NCBI GenBank assembly: GCA_965649765.1
Contig: OZ287752.1
Location: forward strand, 87,606,001 to 87,670,000
DNA: 64,000 bases
Direction of reading: 5' to 3'
DNA from: Bispira polyomma
Lineage: Eukaryota
This document shows, piece by piece, positions 1 to 12,934 of the stretch. The first letter of the stretch is position 1. Each line of letters starts with the position of its first letter. The notes beneath the pieces are model-generated. The model was not told where the DNA came from and made no database searches. It saw only the letters and a program-made list of their open reading frames with translations. Position numbers and translations under genes: made by a program.

Positions 1-1000
1 AAGACCTCTGTTAAAAAGAGCAGTGAAACGACTACACCAGACAGACAGACCACAGACACAGCAAGACCTCTGTTAGAAAGAGCAGTGAAACGACTACACT
101 AGACAGACCACAGACACAGCAAGACCTCTGTTAGAAAGAGCAGAGAAAGGACTACACCAGACAGACCACAGACACAGCAAGACGTCGGTTAGAGAGAGCA
201 GTGAAACGACTACACCAGACAGACAGACACAGCAAGACCTCTGTTAGAAAGAGAAACGACTACACCAGACACACAGACCACAGACACAGCAAGACCTCTG
301 TTAGAAAGAGCAGAGAAAGGACTACACCAGACAGACAGACCACGGACACAGCAACACCTCTGTTACAAAGAGCAGTGAAACGACTACACCAGACACACAG
401 ACCACGAACACAGACACAGCAAGACTTCTGTTATAAAGAGCAGTGAAACAACTACACCAGACAGACCACAGACACAGCAACACCTCTGTTAGTAAGAGCA
501 GTGAAACGACTACACCAGACAGACAGACACAGCAAGACGTCTGTTAGAAAGAGCAGTGAAACGACTACACCAGACACACAGCCCGCAGACACAGCAAGAC
601 CTCTGTTAGAAAGAGCAGTGAAACGACTACACCAGACAGACCACAAACACAGCAAGACGTCTGGTAGAAAGAGAAACGACTACACCAGACAGACCACAGA
701 CACAGCAAGACGTCGGTTAGAGAGAGCAGTGAAACGACTACACCAGACAGACCACAGACACAGCAACACCTCTGTTAGAAAGAGCAGTGAAACGACTACA
801 CCAGACACACAGACCACAGCAAGACGTCTGTTAGAAAGAGCAGTGAAACGACTACACCAGACAGACCACAGACACAGCAAAACGTCTGTTAGAAAGAGCC
901 GTAAAACGACTACACCAGACACACAGACCACAGACACAGCAAGACGTCTGTTAGAAAGAGCAGTGAAACGACTACACCAGACACACCACGAACACAGAAA
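1..1000. repeat. ~54-62 bp minisatellite (consensus aagacctctgttagaaagagcagtgaaacgactacaccagacagaccacagacacagc), runs off the left edge
   Basis: Visible tandem periodicity. ORFs 201-1133 are translations of the repeat. Confidence 0.95.
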
Positions 1001-1099
1001 CTTTACGACAACCAATTTAGACTATTTCTTTCTTTTACAGTTTACCATCAGTTACATGACCTTTTCAACTTTGTTACTGTTTCTATGTCCTTCATGGAA

Positions 1100-1860
1100 T
1101 ACTTACACGAGAACAAAATTTCTCACAAAGTGATAAATAATTACCTTTCAGCAATCAGATTCAATTGCAAAATACTTCAACTCTGGTCTACACAACCCCA
1201 GAATTGCATTATATCAAAAGTCACTAGAAATTAACTCAAACTTCACACCCAAGGTAAAAGGGATTTTTGACCCAGTGGAAATGCAACAGATCTCAATGGC
1301 AAGTGAAACCCTATACTACCCTGATCTTTCCAGTGCAGCTTTTCTGTTTGTATACTTTGGGTTCCTCAGAATCTTAAACCTTACCACTACCTCAGGTGTT
1401 AACTTTGACTCTTCACGTCACATCATACGATCTGATGTCGTTCTTGCTCAACCTGGTATTCACCTCATTTTAAAATGGAGCAAAACCAATCAAGCTTGAA
1501 CTTCACAAACATTATACAATTGCTAAAACTTCACAACCATTGGCTGTGTCCAGTTGGATTTTTTTCTGGCTTATGTAAAAATTTTTCTCTGCTCCCACAA
1601 ACACTACTACTAGCTGATCCAGCACATAAAGGAACATGTCTATCTGACACAAAGCTAAAAGACACACTCAAGAAAATATTGAACACATTAAACATTTCAT
1701 TGGAATGTCATTCCTTCCACTGTTTCAGAAGGTCAGGGGCATCCCTGGCCTTCAACAATAACATAAAACTACAGCACATTGAAAAACATGGCTGTTGGAA
1801 ATCTGACGATGTTTGGGCTTACCTTGAATCAACCTCCCATGCCTCTTCTATTTTCCCTCC
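1100..1860 (+). mobile_element. Degenerate tyrosine recombinase (DIRS/Ngaro-like retroelement relic)
   Basis: ORFs 1275-1499 and 1475-1918 give AAFLFVYFGFLRILNL...LKWSKTNQ...LCPV...HCFRRSGASLAF...HGCWKSDDVWAYL, which contains the R / HxxR / W / Y catalytic residues of YRs. It is broken by a stop and frameshift. Confidence 0.8.
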
Positions 1861-2394
1861 ACCTTTGCCTCTATCATACCTCCTCTTCTTTAGTTTGGCA
1901 TTTTTTTTAAAATTTTAACATTGCTTAAAATTCTGTATCGATGTATATAGAGGCAATTTTATGTCAAAATAAATATCACAAACAGCGTTAGAGTTTTCCA
2001 CTAATCCAAGGTCAAACTCATATACTTACTCACTATACAACCCTTAAACTTTGACCTCTATGAATCAAAGATCAAAATATTCAAGCTTGTGTAACAGACT
2101 GGCGATTATTTAGCTATTAATGGTTATTTGTTATTGTTTGTTAGATCTTCATTCCTTATTAGTGGGTGTCACAGTTTTGATTTTCCTTGTTGGGTTTTTG
2201 AGTCGATTAGAATAAACTCTTACCGGGATTTAATTTATCGAAAAGCATCCAATCCTGAACATCACACACACACTGTTTTCAACTATCAAAGGCCACAGTG
2301 GGGTCATCTGAGGATAGTATAATATTATGTATAGTTGTGTATCATCAGCATAAAAATTGTATTTGATGGATTTATATTTATCAATTATACAGCT

Positions 2395-3350
2395 TTACAG
2401 GATGGTGTATAGGGAGAAAAGGACTGGGCCTAACACAGAGCCCTGAAAAAGACTGTTTTCTAATTTTAATAGATTATAAATACATTTTCTAAGCTTGACA
2501 TTCTGGTATCTGTTTGTAATATAGGACTGAAACTAAACAAGACAACACCCCTAAAACGAAACCATGTGGACAAACAATCCAGAAGAGTATTAGAATCAAT
2601 GCTATCAAAAGCTGCCAAAAGATCAAGCAGAAGCAATGCAGTGGGCAGGCCTGTAGATAGTGATTTTTATTGATAGTGGAGCAGTTTCTGTACTGTGGCC
2701 GCTTTAAGAGGCAGACTAGTAGTAATTTCCAAGGCCTATTTTGTCCATATGTGGCTTAATCTGTGCGGCAACAACTCTTTTTAAATTTAGAGATGAAACT
2801 TAGTCCAGAGACAGGTCTATAGTTTTTGAGATCATCTTTCCCAGGTTAGGTTTCTTGATCAAAGGAGTAACAACAGCCTTTTCAAAGGGATAAAGTAAAA
2901 TACCTTCTGCCAGTGACATGTTGGTGAGTTTTGTAATGGATGGGAGTAAAATATCATTCCTTCGCCAATGATGTAGGCCATAGATCCAGAATACAGGATT
3001 TGGTCAGAGATCCCTTGACAAATTTTAGAACCTCTTCTCCTGTGACACTAGCAAAAGCTGTGAAAGAAGCAACTTTCTCTACATGTTGCCTAAACTGACA
3101 GGAAAATCAATGGAAAACTATTTTTATGTTTTCATTTTATCAATGAAAAAGGGACCAAATTTATTGGCCAGAGACTTATTGGATTGCATGATGGGAAGAC
3201 AGATTTAGTGGACTTGTGCAGGACATTTTTAAAAGCATTCCAACTTGACTGTCATTACCGCTTCTGTTAACAATGTTAGTGTAATATCACTTTTATCCTT
3301 ATTTAGGAGTATATGAGACAGGTTTATCTGTTTCTTAGTCGGGATCGGTT
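2395..3350 (-). mobile_element. CR1/L2-clade LINE reverse transcriptase fragment
   Basis: The reverse complement encodes QGSVLGPVLFSLYT (2405-2447), LLDLLAAFDSIDS, KNYRPVSGL and VTPLIKKPNL motifs. It is disrupted. Confidence 0.85.
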
Positions 3351-3859
3351 TGCTTATGTCTTGTCAGACCTCCATTCTGAGTCGGGATCTGGTTAAAGGT
3401 GTCAACACTGGTGTTTGTTATAACTGTTAGCTTCTTCATATTATTCAAACATCATAATGCCTCATGGAAGGACCTGGCAAAGAGTCTATTTTTAATCAGA
3501 AGGATAATTACCTTGACATGTGCTCCTGTCACTTTTTTGAAAAGAAATTCTGATGACCTGTTTTTAAGCTCATCCATTTCTATTCTATAGAGACTGCGGT
3601 CATGTTTATGTGGTGCTTTGTCTACAATAAGAATCTGCCTTTGTAGCTTTGAAACTGTTGTTTTAAGTTGTGCTTTTCTTTTACTGTGTCCAGTGGAGGA
3701 GTTTGTTTGTCAATAATTTCAATAGGCCCATTACTTTTTGTATCTGGTATAGTTTCATTCTATTCTTGTGTTGTATAGATTCTTGTATGTATTATTTTAT
3801 GAATTGATTCTACAAATGATGCCATTGTGAGTACTCTCCTTGACCACTGCAACTTCCTT

Positions 3860-4390
3860 TGCTCCCTTTACTTTGGAGTAAACAAGTCAGATTACCAACG
3901 TTCCAGTCCATTCAAAACAATCTAATGCAGGGTGATTTTTTGACTGGGAACTCGCATCGATGTCACTCTGTACTTCAAAAAAAAAAAAAAAAAAAATACT
4001 GGCTCCTATTCACTATAGAATTTTGTTTAAAATTTCACGTCACTACATTCAAAGCTGTAGTCATTCAACAGCCCTCCTACCTTGCTTCTCTTCTCTCTGT
4101 CCGTATCCTAAAGAGAGGTAATAGACTTTCTGTTTCTTGTGGTAAAACCTGCCAGGAAGGTTGAATCTAGAGCTTTCTTCATTGCAGTCTCTTAGTCGAT
4201 CTCAGATAATTAGGGAAAAAAGCTTCAAACCTATCTTTTTAACCTTGCTCATCCACCTTAGTTCCCTTCTGTACACCCCCACATCTTTCCTTATGACCTT
4301 GCTATGTCTATAGACCACACAATCAGCTCACTGATTCTGTTGTTGCGCTTTAAAAGAGGCCTAGCATCAATAAAAATGCATAATAACATT
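3860..4390 (+). mobile_element. 3' fragment of a CR1/L2 LINE family
   Basis: HWLLFTIE...FKAV...QPSYL-like residual coding plus the 3' tail gcgctttaaaagaggcctagcatcaataaa. The same tail occurs at about 13945, 28905, 45775, 48005 and 48420. Confidence 0.7.
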
Positions 4391-5241
4391 AAAAGTAACA
4401 GCTTTATGGTCATGGACAAAAGGCTAAAACATTTCCACATGATTTAAGAAGTGATTATCAGTATACAAAATTTATATAGCCAAGAAGAGAGTCTTAACTA
4501 AGAGAGACAGGATATTTTTCAGCTCTGATAAAAGTGATTTTTACAGTAGATTCTTTCAATCTGTTCATGATGAAAATAGTATGACATAAAAGAGATTTTG
4601 TTGGTGATCATAACTGGATATAAATAAGATGAAAATTACCAACATATAAATGTTATTTGTGGCTTGTAAAATGGAATAGGATCTTATTTAATATAATAAT
4701 ACCAAAGCCTGAATCAGTCATGCATTAAAAACATTCATTAGCCTGAGAGGTGCCAGTTGTTAGCCTGTACATGTGTGAAATATAGAGGGTGTCAAAAAAC
4801 TAATATAACACACCATGCAGTAGAGAATAGTATTTGGGCTAATTAGTGCTAAAGAGAGAGACACACATTTGTGGGGACATTGAGGGTTTTGTGTGCTAGA
4901 TTGTGGTAAACATTAGAAGTGGTCAAAAAAACTATTTTAACACACCTGCAGAGAATGGATATAGGCTATTAGTGCCACAGAGAGAGAAACACTGTTTATT
5001 GGTACTATTTCTCCCACACTAGAATTATTTGGACTCTAATTTTAGGATAATCACCTGCTTGTGGTACCTAATTTATTTGAACACATACACACCACATATA
5101 CAAGTACACTGTAGATATCTGAAAGACTGTGTTACCTACTTTTTGTTAGGAACTCCTACAATCTGGATATGTAATTTGTACTTTTAAATTGGTATTCTGT
5201 TTCATGAACTACAATATTCCTCAGAAAGTGGATATACAAAA

Positions 5242-6404
5242 ATGCCTCACAAAACACCTGTCACAAAACGACATAACATGGACATGGCATACTCACCGGA
5301 AGGCCATATGATCATAGACAATGATGGATTACGCTCTATATCATCTGATTTGCTGGAAGAAAAGTTTAAAGCCCATCTGACACCGCTCAAAAATGAACAG
5401 TCAATGATGAAAACTGAACTACAGATAGGGAGAGATGAAGCTACAAACTCTGCATCAAAGTTAAAGCATGAAATAGTTCAACTACAAGCTGAGAATCAAG
5501 CACTAAAGCAATACATACAGAAAGTTGAAATTTATCAGTGAAGAAATAACCTTCAGATAGCTGGGGTCAAGGAATCAAGGGATGAAAACCTGGATGTGTA
5601 TGTCACTGGTCTTTTCAATGAGTTTTTAAACCATGAACATAGATTTCGAATAAAGACTTTTGACAGAATCCACCGTTTAGGAGCATTCAGAAAAGGTTAT
5701 AACAGAACAGTCATCGTCAGGTTTGCACATTTTAAGGACAACCTGACAGCTCTGCAAGCAAGAGATCTGTTGAAAAAGAAACACAGTCTACACCTGTTTG
5801 ATGACATGCCACCAAAAGTGGAAGCTGCCAACAAAATTTTATACCCAGTATTTGAGGCTTTACGATCCTACAAGCAGCAAGATGAGCAACATAAGATCCA
5901 GAAGCTGAAACTTAATGGAGACAAACTGATCTTAAACAGCAAGGTTTACAGCGTGGATAACCTGGACAGTCTACCAGAACCCTTTAAGCTTGATGATTTG
6001 TTTAATATCATCAAAAATGGTATCACAGGATTCTTTAGATGTCACAGTAAGCTGTCAAATCACTTTAAGTGTGTCTTCAATGTCCAGGGAGTAACCTACT
6101 CTAGTATGGAGAAATTCCTCATGTGTGAAAAGGCCAAGTTGTTTGGTGATCACCAGAAAGCTGGTCACATCCTCCATGAAGATGATCCAGTCCAGATTAA
6201 AAGGCAAAGTTCGATCAAAATGAACAACTCCGCTCCTTCCTAAAGTCCACTGGTGAAACAACTCTTGCGGAAGCTAACCCAAATGACAAGGTATTTGGAA
6301 CAGGACTCTCGCTCATGGACAATGATCTCTGGAAACCAGATTGCTGGAAAGGTGAAAACAAACTTGGAAAAACACTGATGAAGGTTAGAAACACTCTTAG
6401 GTAA
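5242..6404 (+). pseudogene. LINE ORF1: coiled coil + L1-type RRM/CTD + C-terminal NADAR (YbiA-like) domain
   Basis: ATG at 5242. The in-frame stop at 5539-41 reads through to RNNLQIAGVKE, then RIHRLG...RTVIVRF (L1 ORF1 RRM motifs). This is followed by FFRCHSKLSNHF...YSSMEKFLMCEKAKLFGD...DDPVQIKR. After a deletion/frameshift at ~6203 it continues AKFDQNEQLRSFLKSTGETTLAEANPNDKVFGTG...WKGENKLGKTLMKVRNTLR* (stop 6402-04). Confidence 0.85.
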
Positions 6405-7236
6405 AATAACAGTTTATCTGACTACTTTTGATGTATGGACTTTAGTTCAGGATTTGCGCTTAAAGATCTTGGAATCCAGAACTATTTTACGGATCAGACA
6501 AGCAATTAAATGACATGTAATCTCATGATATGGTTATGTAAATGTTGCACCAGTATAAGCTAAAATCTTGGAACACGTAATACAAATGATACATCGGAAT
6601 GTCCAAAACCAAATTGTTATATATAATATGATAGGCTTTTTTATGTGCTGTTTCATCAGATTTGGTTTTATGATTGAAAGAGTTAAATAGGCAAAAACTG
6701 CCATAGATATATATATATATATATGTATGTATATCATGTATTTGTGGGGATATCATGTATATACATGATATAATGTACTATATACTTTGAAAAGTCAAAA
6801 TATAAGTACCATAGTGTGTGTCGTAATTATGCTTACTATTGTATCCGCTGTGAAAAATAAGTTAAACTATTCTATTGTTGTGACAAATCTTTCCATCAGT
6901 TTGCCTATTTTCCATCTAATGAATATTAGAATATGTAATTGCTAATACTGACAAAATTGAAATTCTACAAATATATGTAGTTTATGATACTCACTGTTTT
7001 ATGATACTATTACATCAGCTGTGAAAACATTTAAATATTTAAAAAATTGTGATGAAACATGTGAAACAGTTTGCAATTTTTGTACTTAATTATTACTGGC
7101 TAGTGCCATTACTGAAATTTACTAATATTTTCCATTATAGTTTGCCTGAAATAATGTAATGCGCTGTTACGCCAGGTGTGAAAATGTTTTAAAACTTTTC
7201 AATTGTTATAAAATATGTTAAACAGTTTGCAGTTTT

Positions 7237-10200
7237 GTGCTTAATGTACTATTACTGGCTAGTACCATTGCTAAAATACACTTTAGTTTTAATACAAATG
7301 GCTTAGCTAATAGCAATAAACGAATATCAATATTAAAATGGTTGGAAGCTAATCACAAAGGAGTAGTATTCCTCCAAGAAACTCACTGTACTGTCGAGTC
7401 GGAGTCAAAATGGAAAAAAGATTTCTGTAATTTTGACCTTTATTTCTCACATGGTGCTAGTAATGCACGAGGTGTTTGCACTCTGATACCTAAACATTAT
7501 AATGCACAAATTCATGAAGAATTTACAGATGAATCGGGTAGATTTCTCTTACTCAATGTATCAATTGATAGCTGTGATTTAATTTTTGTCAATGTTTATG
7601 CCCCAACAAAGAATAACGTACGAGAGCAAGTTGATTTTACTACCTTTCTCCGTAATAAACTGCTAGACTTTATGGGAAAAAAGATTATACTTGCAGGAGA
7701 TTTTAACACATATTTAGATCCCGAATTTGATAAAAGTGGAGGCTCAGTCGAAACATTGTCAGCTTACTCTAATCAGTTACAAGATTTATTGGAAGAATTT
7801 GATCTGTGTGACATTTATCGTCACCAACATCCAAATTTGCGACGATACACTTGGCGCAATAAAGGTAGAGGGGGTTAGTACAATCCAGATTGGACATTTT
7901 CTTTGTCGCTAGTGATATGCAATATGAAAACATACAATCATCAATTATTCCTAGTATTAAATCAGATCACAGTTTGATAGGGATCAGTTTTGACTTAACT
8001 CCACAATGGCATAGAGGTAAAGGGTTTTATAAGTTCAACAACAGCTTATTAACTGACAGAGAATATATTGACAAAATAAACAATTTATTAACAGAATCAT
8101 ATACAGAATATGGTACTTTTGGGAACAAGTCATTGTTGCGGGACTATATTAAATACAAAATTCGTGGACAAACAATTTCTTACTCCTCTTTCAAAGCAAA
8201 ACAACGAAGAAAACTTGAAACTGACATGATTGAAAAACTCAGAACTATAGAGATAAAACTGAATGAAAATCCTACCCCTAAAATTTTAAGATCATATGAA
8301 ACAACAAAATTAGATTTAAATGAATTTTACACCACTAGAGCAAATGCTTCTATAGTGCGCTCAAGAGCAAAACACATAATTGAAAATGAGAAAAATACCA
8401 AGTATTTTCTCAATCTGGAGAAACAAAATTATAACACAAAATGTATAAAACGTTTAGACACTTCCAATGGGCCTATCACTAATGAAAACAAAATACTAAT
8501 GGAAGAACAACGTTTCTTTCAAAATTTGTAGAACAGTAACAGCCCCTTGATTGACAAACAAGAGATAGAAAATATTGAAAATAAGTTTCTGAATAATCCC
8601 AACATAAAGCCACTCAATTAGACAAACAAAATTATGTGTGATAATCCTATCACAATAGACGAATGTGCAAAAGCATTGCAAAATTTGTCAAACAATAAAT
8701 CACCTCGGACAGATGGGCTGTCAACAGAGTTTTATAAATTCTTTTGGTGCAAGGTCAAATATTTTGTCTATGACAGTTTCAAATGGTCTCTTGAACATAA
8801 CCAGTTATCGCTTAACCAGAAAAGAGGAGTCATAACTTTAATCCCAAAAACAGGACAAAGATCTATGTCAACTGAAAAACTGGCGACCTATTAGTGTTTT
8901 AAACACTGATTACAAAATCTTAACAAAACTTTATGCATCACGTTTACAAAAAGTCTTAGATAAAATCATTAACCCTGACCAAGTGGGATATATTAAAGGG
9001 AGATTTATAGGTGAAAATATTCGGACCATTTTTGACATAATTGATTATTCAAATCAAAATTCTATCCCTGGCTTATTGGTTTTAGTGGATTTTGAAAAGG
9101 CCTTTGATTCTGTTAACTGGTCTTTCCTAATAAAATGCCTCAAAGCTCTTAACTTTGGAGAGGATTTCATAGCCTGTGACAAAATGTTATATTCTGATAT
9201 TGAAAGTTGCGTCATAAATAATGGCAAAGGTTCTCCTTTTTTCAAGCTTCACCGTGGAATAAGACAATAAGTGCACTCTTATTTATAATAGTTGTTGAAT
9301 TCTTAGCTATAGATATAAGGTCCGAAACCAACATTAAAGGAATCAAAATTGATAACTTTGAATTTAAGATTAATCAACTTGCTGATGATACAACTCTCTT
9401 TTTACATGATCAAAACTCATTGAGGTATGCTTTTGATGAATTAGAATTGTTTGGTATTTGTTCTGGTCTAAAACTTAATAAATCAAAAACAGAACTAATC
9501 CCCCTTAGCAAGAAAACCTTGAAAGACAAACATATCCCAAAAAAATTAAGGCAAGGCCCTTTTAAAACGCTAGGGGTCTGGTTTTCTCATAATAAAAATG
9601 AAGTATATAACTTTAATCTAAAACCCAAACTAAGAGATATACAAAGGATTATCAACCTGTGGTCTAGTCAAGCAATAAGCCTTAGAGGTAAAATAGTGGT
9701 CATCAAAAGTCTTATATTAAGTCTTATCATTAACATTTGTAGTATGATTCATGTACCTGACCACTTTATAAATGAAGTGAATGACATGTTGTTCAGTTTC
9801 CTTTGGGGAAAAGATAAAAGGCCAAAAGTTAAAAAAGATTCAATTATTAATAGCATTGAGCAGGGGGGTCTCAAGATGACAGATTTTAGCAAAACTATCA
9901 TTGCAATTAAGGCATACTGGGTTAAAAGATTATTTTGTAACAGTAATAATACTTTTGTAAATAAATGGAGACTTTTAGCAAAGATGGTATGTGGAATCTC
10001 GGATTCAACCACCATATTGTCCAAAGTTAATCCAAGCAACTTAAATGTTTGGTCAATTGGTAGTGAATTCTATAAACAAGTACTACATTGTTGGTATTCC
10101 TTTTATTCAGTGGCATCTAAGAATTACAACGAAGTTATACAAGAAAAATTACAAAACAATTGTTTCATTCTGATTGAGAATAAACCATTGAATCGTAAAT

Positions 10201-11046
10201 ATGACTTTTTGAAAGATAATGGGATAATATATCTGAGAGATTTAATACATGGTAACAAATTTTTAACTAGAGAGGAGCTAAACATCAAGTTTAAATGCAG
10301 TATTCCTATCATGGTATATAATTCAGTTATATCTTGCATTCCTAAAAAATGGAAAGATCTTGTTCGAATCAACATCAAACTAATGAAAATGACAACTTAG
10401 ATATTCCACATTTACGGAAAGACATCTCAATGATAAAAAGTAAAGACATTTATGAATATTTAGCATTTACTTATAAATATCCGACTGCAGTCAATAAATG
10501 GACAGAATACTATCATTTCTTGGACAATTTAGATTGGAGTCCAGTTTTTAAACTTCCTTACAAAATATGCCAGGACTCTAGATTACAAAGTTTCCAGTAT
10601 ACTATCCTAAACAGATTTGTCACATGTAACTCCAACTTGTTTCTATGGAAAAAGGCTACTTCACCAAATTGTGAAAAATGTAGTAAAATGGACACAATAG
10701 AACATTTTTTTATGAATGCAAATCTGTTGTGATATTGTGGAAAAATATCAAGGAGTAAATTCTTGAGACTTTCCAGATAAAGCTGGATCTTGCAATTCTA
10801 GAAATATTACTTGGGATTCCTTGTTACGACAATAGTGTGTTTACCATTATCAACTTCTTAATACTATATGGAAAATGGTATATATATACCTGTAAAAGAA
10901 ACAAGGTTAATATAATTTTTAAAGTTTTTTGTTCAAACATTAGAAAAATAATCGATATTGAAATAATTGCTCGAAAAACAAAGTATATAAGTTTTAAAGA
11001 AGAAGATATTATTCTGTGGAGTTTGTTACACTCAAATTGTCTGTAA
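7237..11046 (+). pseudogene. LINE ORF2: APE endonuclease, reverse transcriptase, zf-RVT; multiple stops and frameshifts
   Basis: Endonuclease motifs SFNTNGL, FLQETH, NVYAP, GDFN, SRLD, SDH. RT motifs KSPRTDG, NWRPISVLNTDYKIL, VDFEKAFDSVNW, RGIRQ, LADDTT. C-terminal CEKCSKMDTIEHFF. Confidence 0.95.
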
Positions 11047-11549
11047 ACTGTTAAAATCTGTTAGAAGTAATGTTATTTAAAGTTGTACCACCGTTTAAAA
11101 TGTAACTTGAGAACATTGTTTTTTGAATGTCACATTATTCTCGCCTGTCTGAAAAATTAAATTAAAGAGCGTTACCAAGCTTTGTTGTTTTTTCTTTGTT
11201 TAAAAAAAGTCACATAAAAAAAAAAAAAAAAAAAAACCCTCTGATTGCAAACTGTTACCAAGTATTTTGTTATGTCATCTTTTTTTCTAGTGTACTTTGT
11301 TTTTAACGGCACTTCCTCTTGGTAAAGTCTGCTGAATCTGAAAAAAGTGTAATCTTTTATTTTTAATTGTTATGTCTTCTTTTATAGAGTATATTAGCAT
11401 TGAAATAACTTTTAATTTGAAATCTCACCTAAGCTTTAAATGTAACCTGTGTAACTTTTTTTTTTTTTGTTTGTTATTTTTTCTAAATGTCATGTCATTA
11501 TTGTAAACACAAAAGAAGATAAATAAAATGTTAAAAACAAAAAAATTTT

Positions 11550-11785
11550 TTTATATAGCGCTCTATATGTATTACTCTAAAGCGCTTCACAGAGTAATGG
11601 TAAACATATGCTAAAATGATTACTTTTACAGGATCTTCCAACAATAGGTGAGTCTAAAAAGATGTGTTTTGAGTCATTTCTTAAAAACTGATATTAATTC
11701 ACTCTTTCACACTCTCTGGTAGGCTGTTCCATAAAACTGGGGAGGCTAAGAAGTGGGACACAAAACTAAAGCCTATTCTACTTTT
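11550..11785 (-). mobile_element. 3' end of an L2/CR1-related element on the minus strand
   Basis: The reverse complement has tggaacagcctacc...tttaagaaatgactcaaaacacatcttttt and the tail gtgaagcgctttagag...agagcgctatataa. Confidence 0.55.
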
Positions 11786-12280
11786 AAGATTTGTTGGTGG
11801 TGTTCCCATGGATATCGCTTTAAGATTTGGTTGGTGGTGTTCCTATGGATATTACTTTAAGGTTTGGTTGGTGGTGTTCCCATGGATATTACTTTAAGAT
11901 TTGGTTGGTGGTGTTCCCATGGGTATTACTTTAAGGTTTGGTTGGTGCTGTTCCCATGGATATTACTTTAAGGTATGGTTGGTGGTGTTCCCATGGATAT
12001 TACTTTAAGAGTAGGTTGTTGGTGTTCTCATGGGTATTACTTTAAGGTATGGTTGTTGGTGTTCCCATGGATATTACTTTAAGGTATGGTTGGTGGTGTT
12101 CCCATGGATATTACTTTAAGATTTGGTTGGTGGTGTTCCCTTGAATATTACTTTAAGATTTGGTTGGTGGTGTTCCCATGGATATCGCTTTAAGATTTGG
12201 TTGGTGCTGTTCCCATGGGTATTACTTTAAGGTTTGTTGGTGGTGTTCCCATGGATATTACTTTAAGGTTTGGTCGGTGC
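11785..12280. repeat. 37-bp minisatellite (ggtggtgttcccatggatattactttaaggtttggtt), ~13 copies
   Basis: Visible periodicity. Confidence 0.95.
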
Positions 12281-12934
12281 TGGTTGGTGGTTGGGGACAT
12301 GACCACTACAGTCAACAGATGTGGGGACATCATACAACCACCGCAGGAATAACGATGTTGAATGGCACATTTGACCACTCCAATTTTTATCAGATTCTTG
12401 AAGTACAAAATGATTCTTGTAATGCAATTATTCCTGTTTTATTTGTGGGGGTCGAAATAGACTTCACCTTTTCTAACAATTTTCAAGACTTTTACTGTCA
12501 CAATTTTAGTTTTTTAAAGTTTACTGTTTGAATGTCACAAATTTACTATTTTAATGTCACAAGTTTACTATTAGATTTAATGTTATAACTTACTAGTAGA
12601 GTGTTAATGCCAGGACAAATTTTCAGTGTGTGTCTGTCTTCATGCAATTATATTTTCACTGTCATATTGAGAAAAAATATATTTGAGATGTAATTTTTGT
12701 AAACCTAATATCTCAATATAAACAGTAAATATTCGTTATTTGGCATTGGTCTGGACGACCAAATGTAGTTCAGACTCCATTATCTTTAGAATGGTAAGTT
12801 TGTCAGGTCCTTGTTGTAGGCCGGTGGTTTACACAGTGGCTTCAGTTTGTCAGGTCCTTGTTGTATGCCGCTGGCTTACACTGTGGCTTCAGCACTAGTT
12901 TCTTCCACTGTTAAATCTGGTGGTCGTGACCTAA

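Larger units (their letters stand above)
4780..11545 (+). mobile_element. Near full-length L1/Tx1-clade non-LTR retrotransposon (5'UTR, ORF1, spacer, ORF2, 3'UTR with A-rich tails), inactivated
   Basis: ORF1 5242-6404 and ORF2 ~7237-11046 are co-oriented. Poly(A) at ~11216-11236; AATAAA plus A-rich end at ~11522-11545. The 5' boundary is approximate and no TSD was identified. Confidence 0.88.

Noticed and set aside
201-1133. Repeat-protein ORFs
   Set aside because: Satellite translations on both strands with frame-shifting unit lengths.
6020-6404. NADAR as a standalone bacterial ybiA gene or contamination
   Set aside because: It is in frame with L1 ORF1 motifs and lies between the LINE 5'UTR and ORF2 within intron-rich animal DNA.
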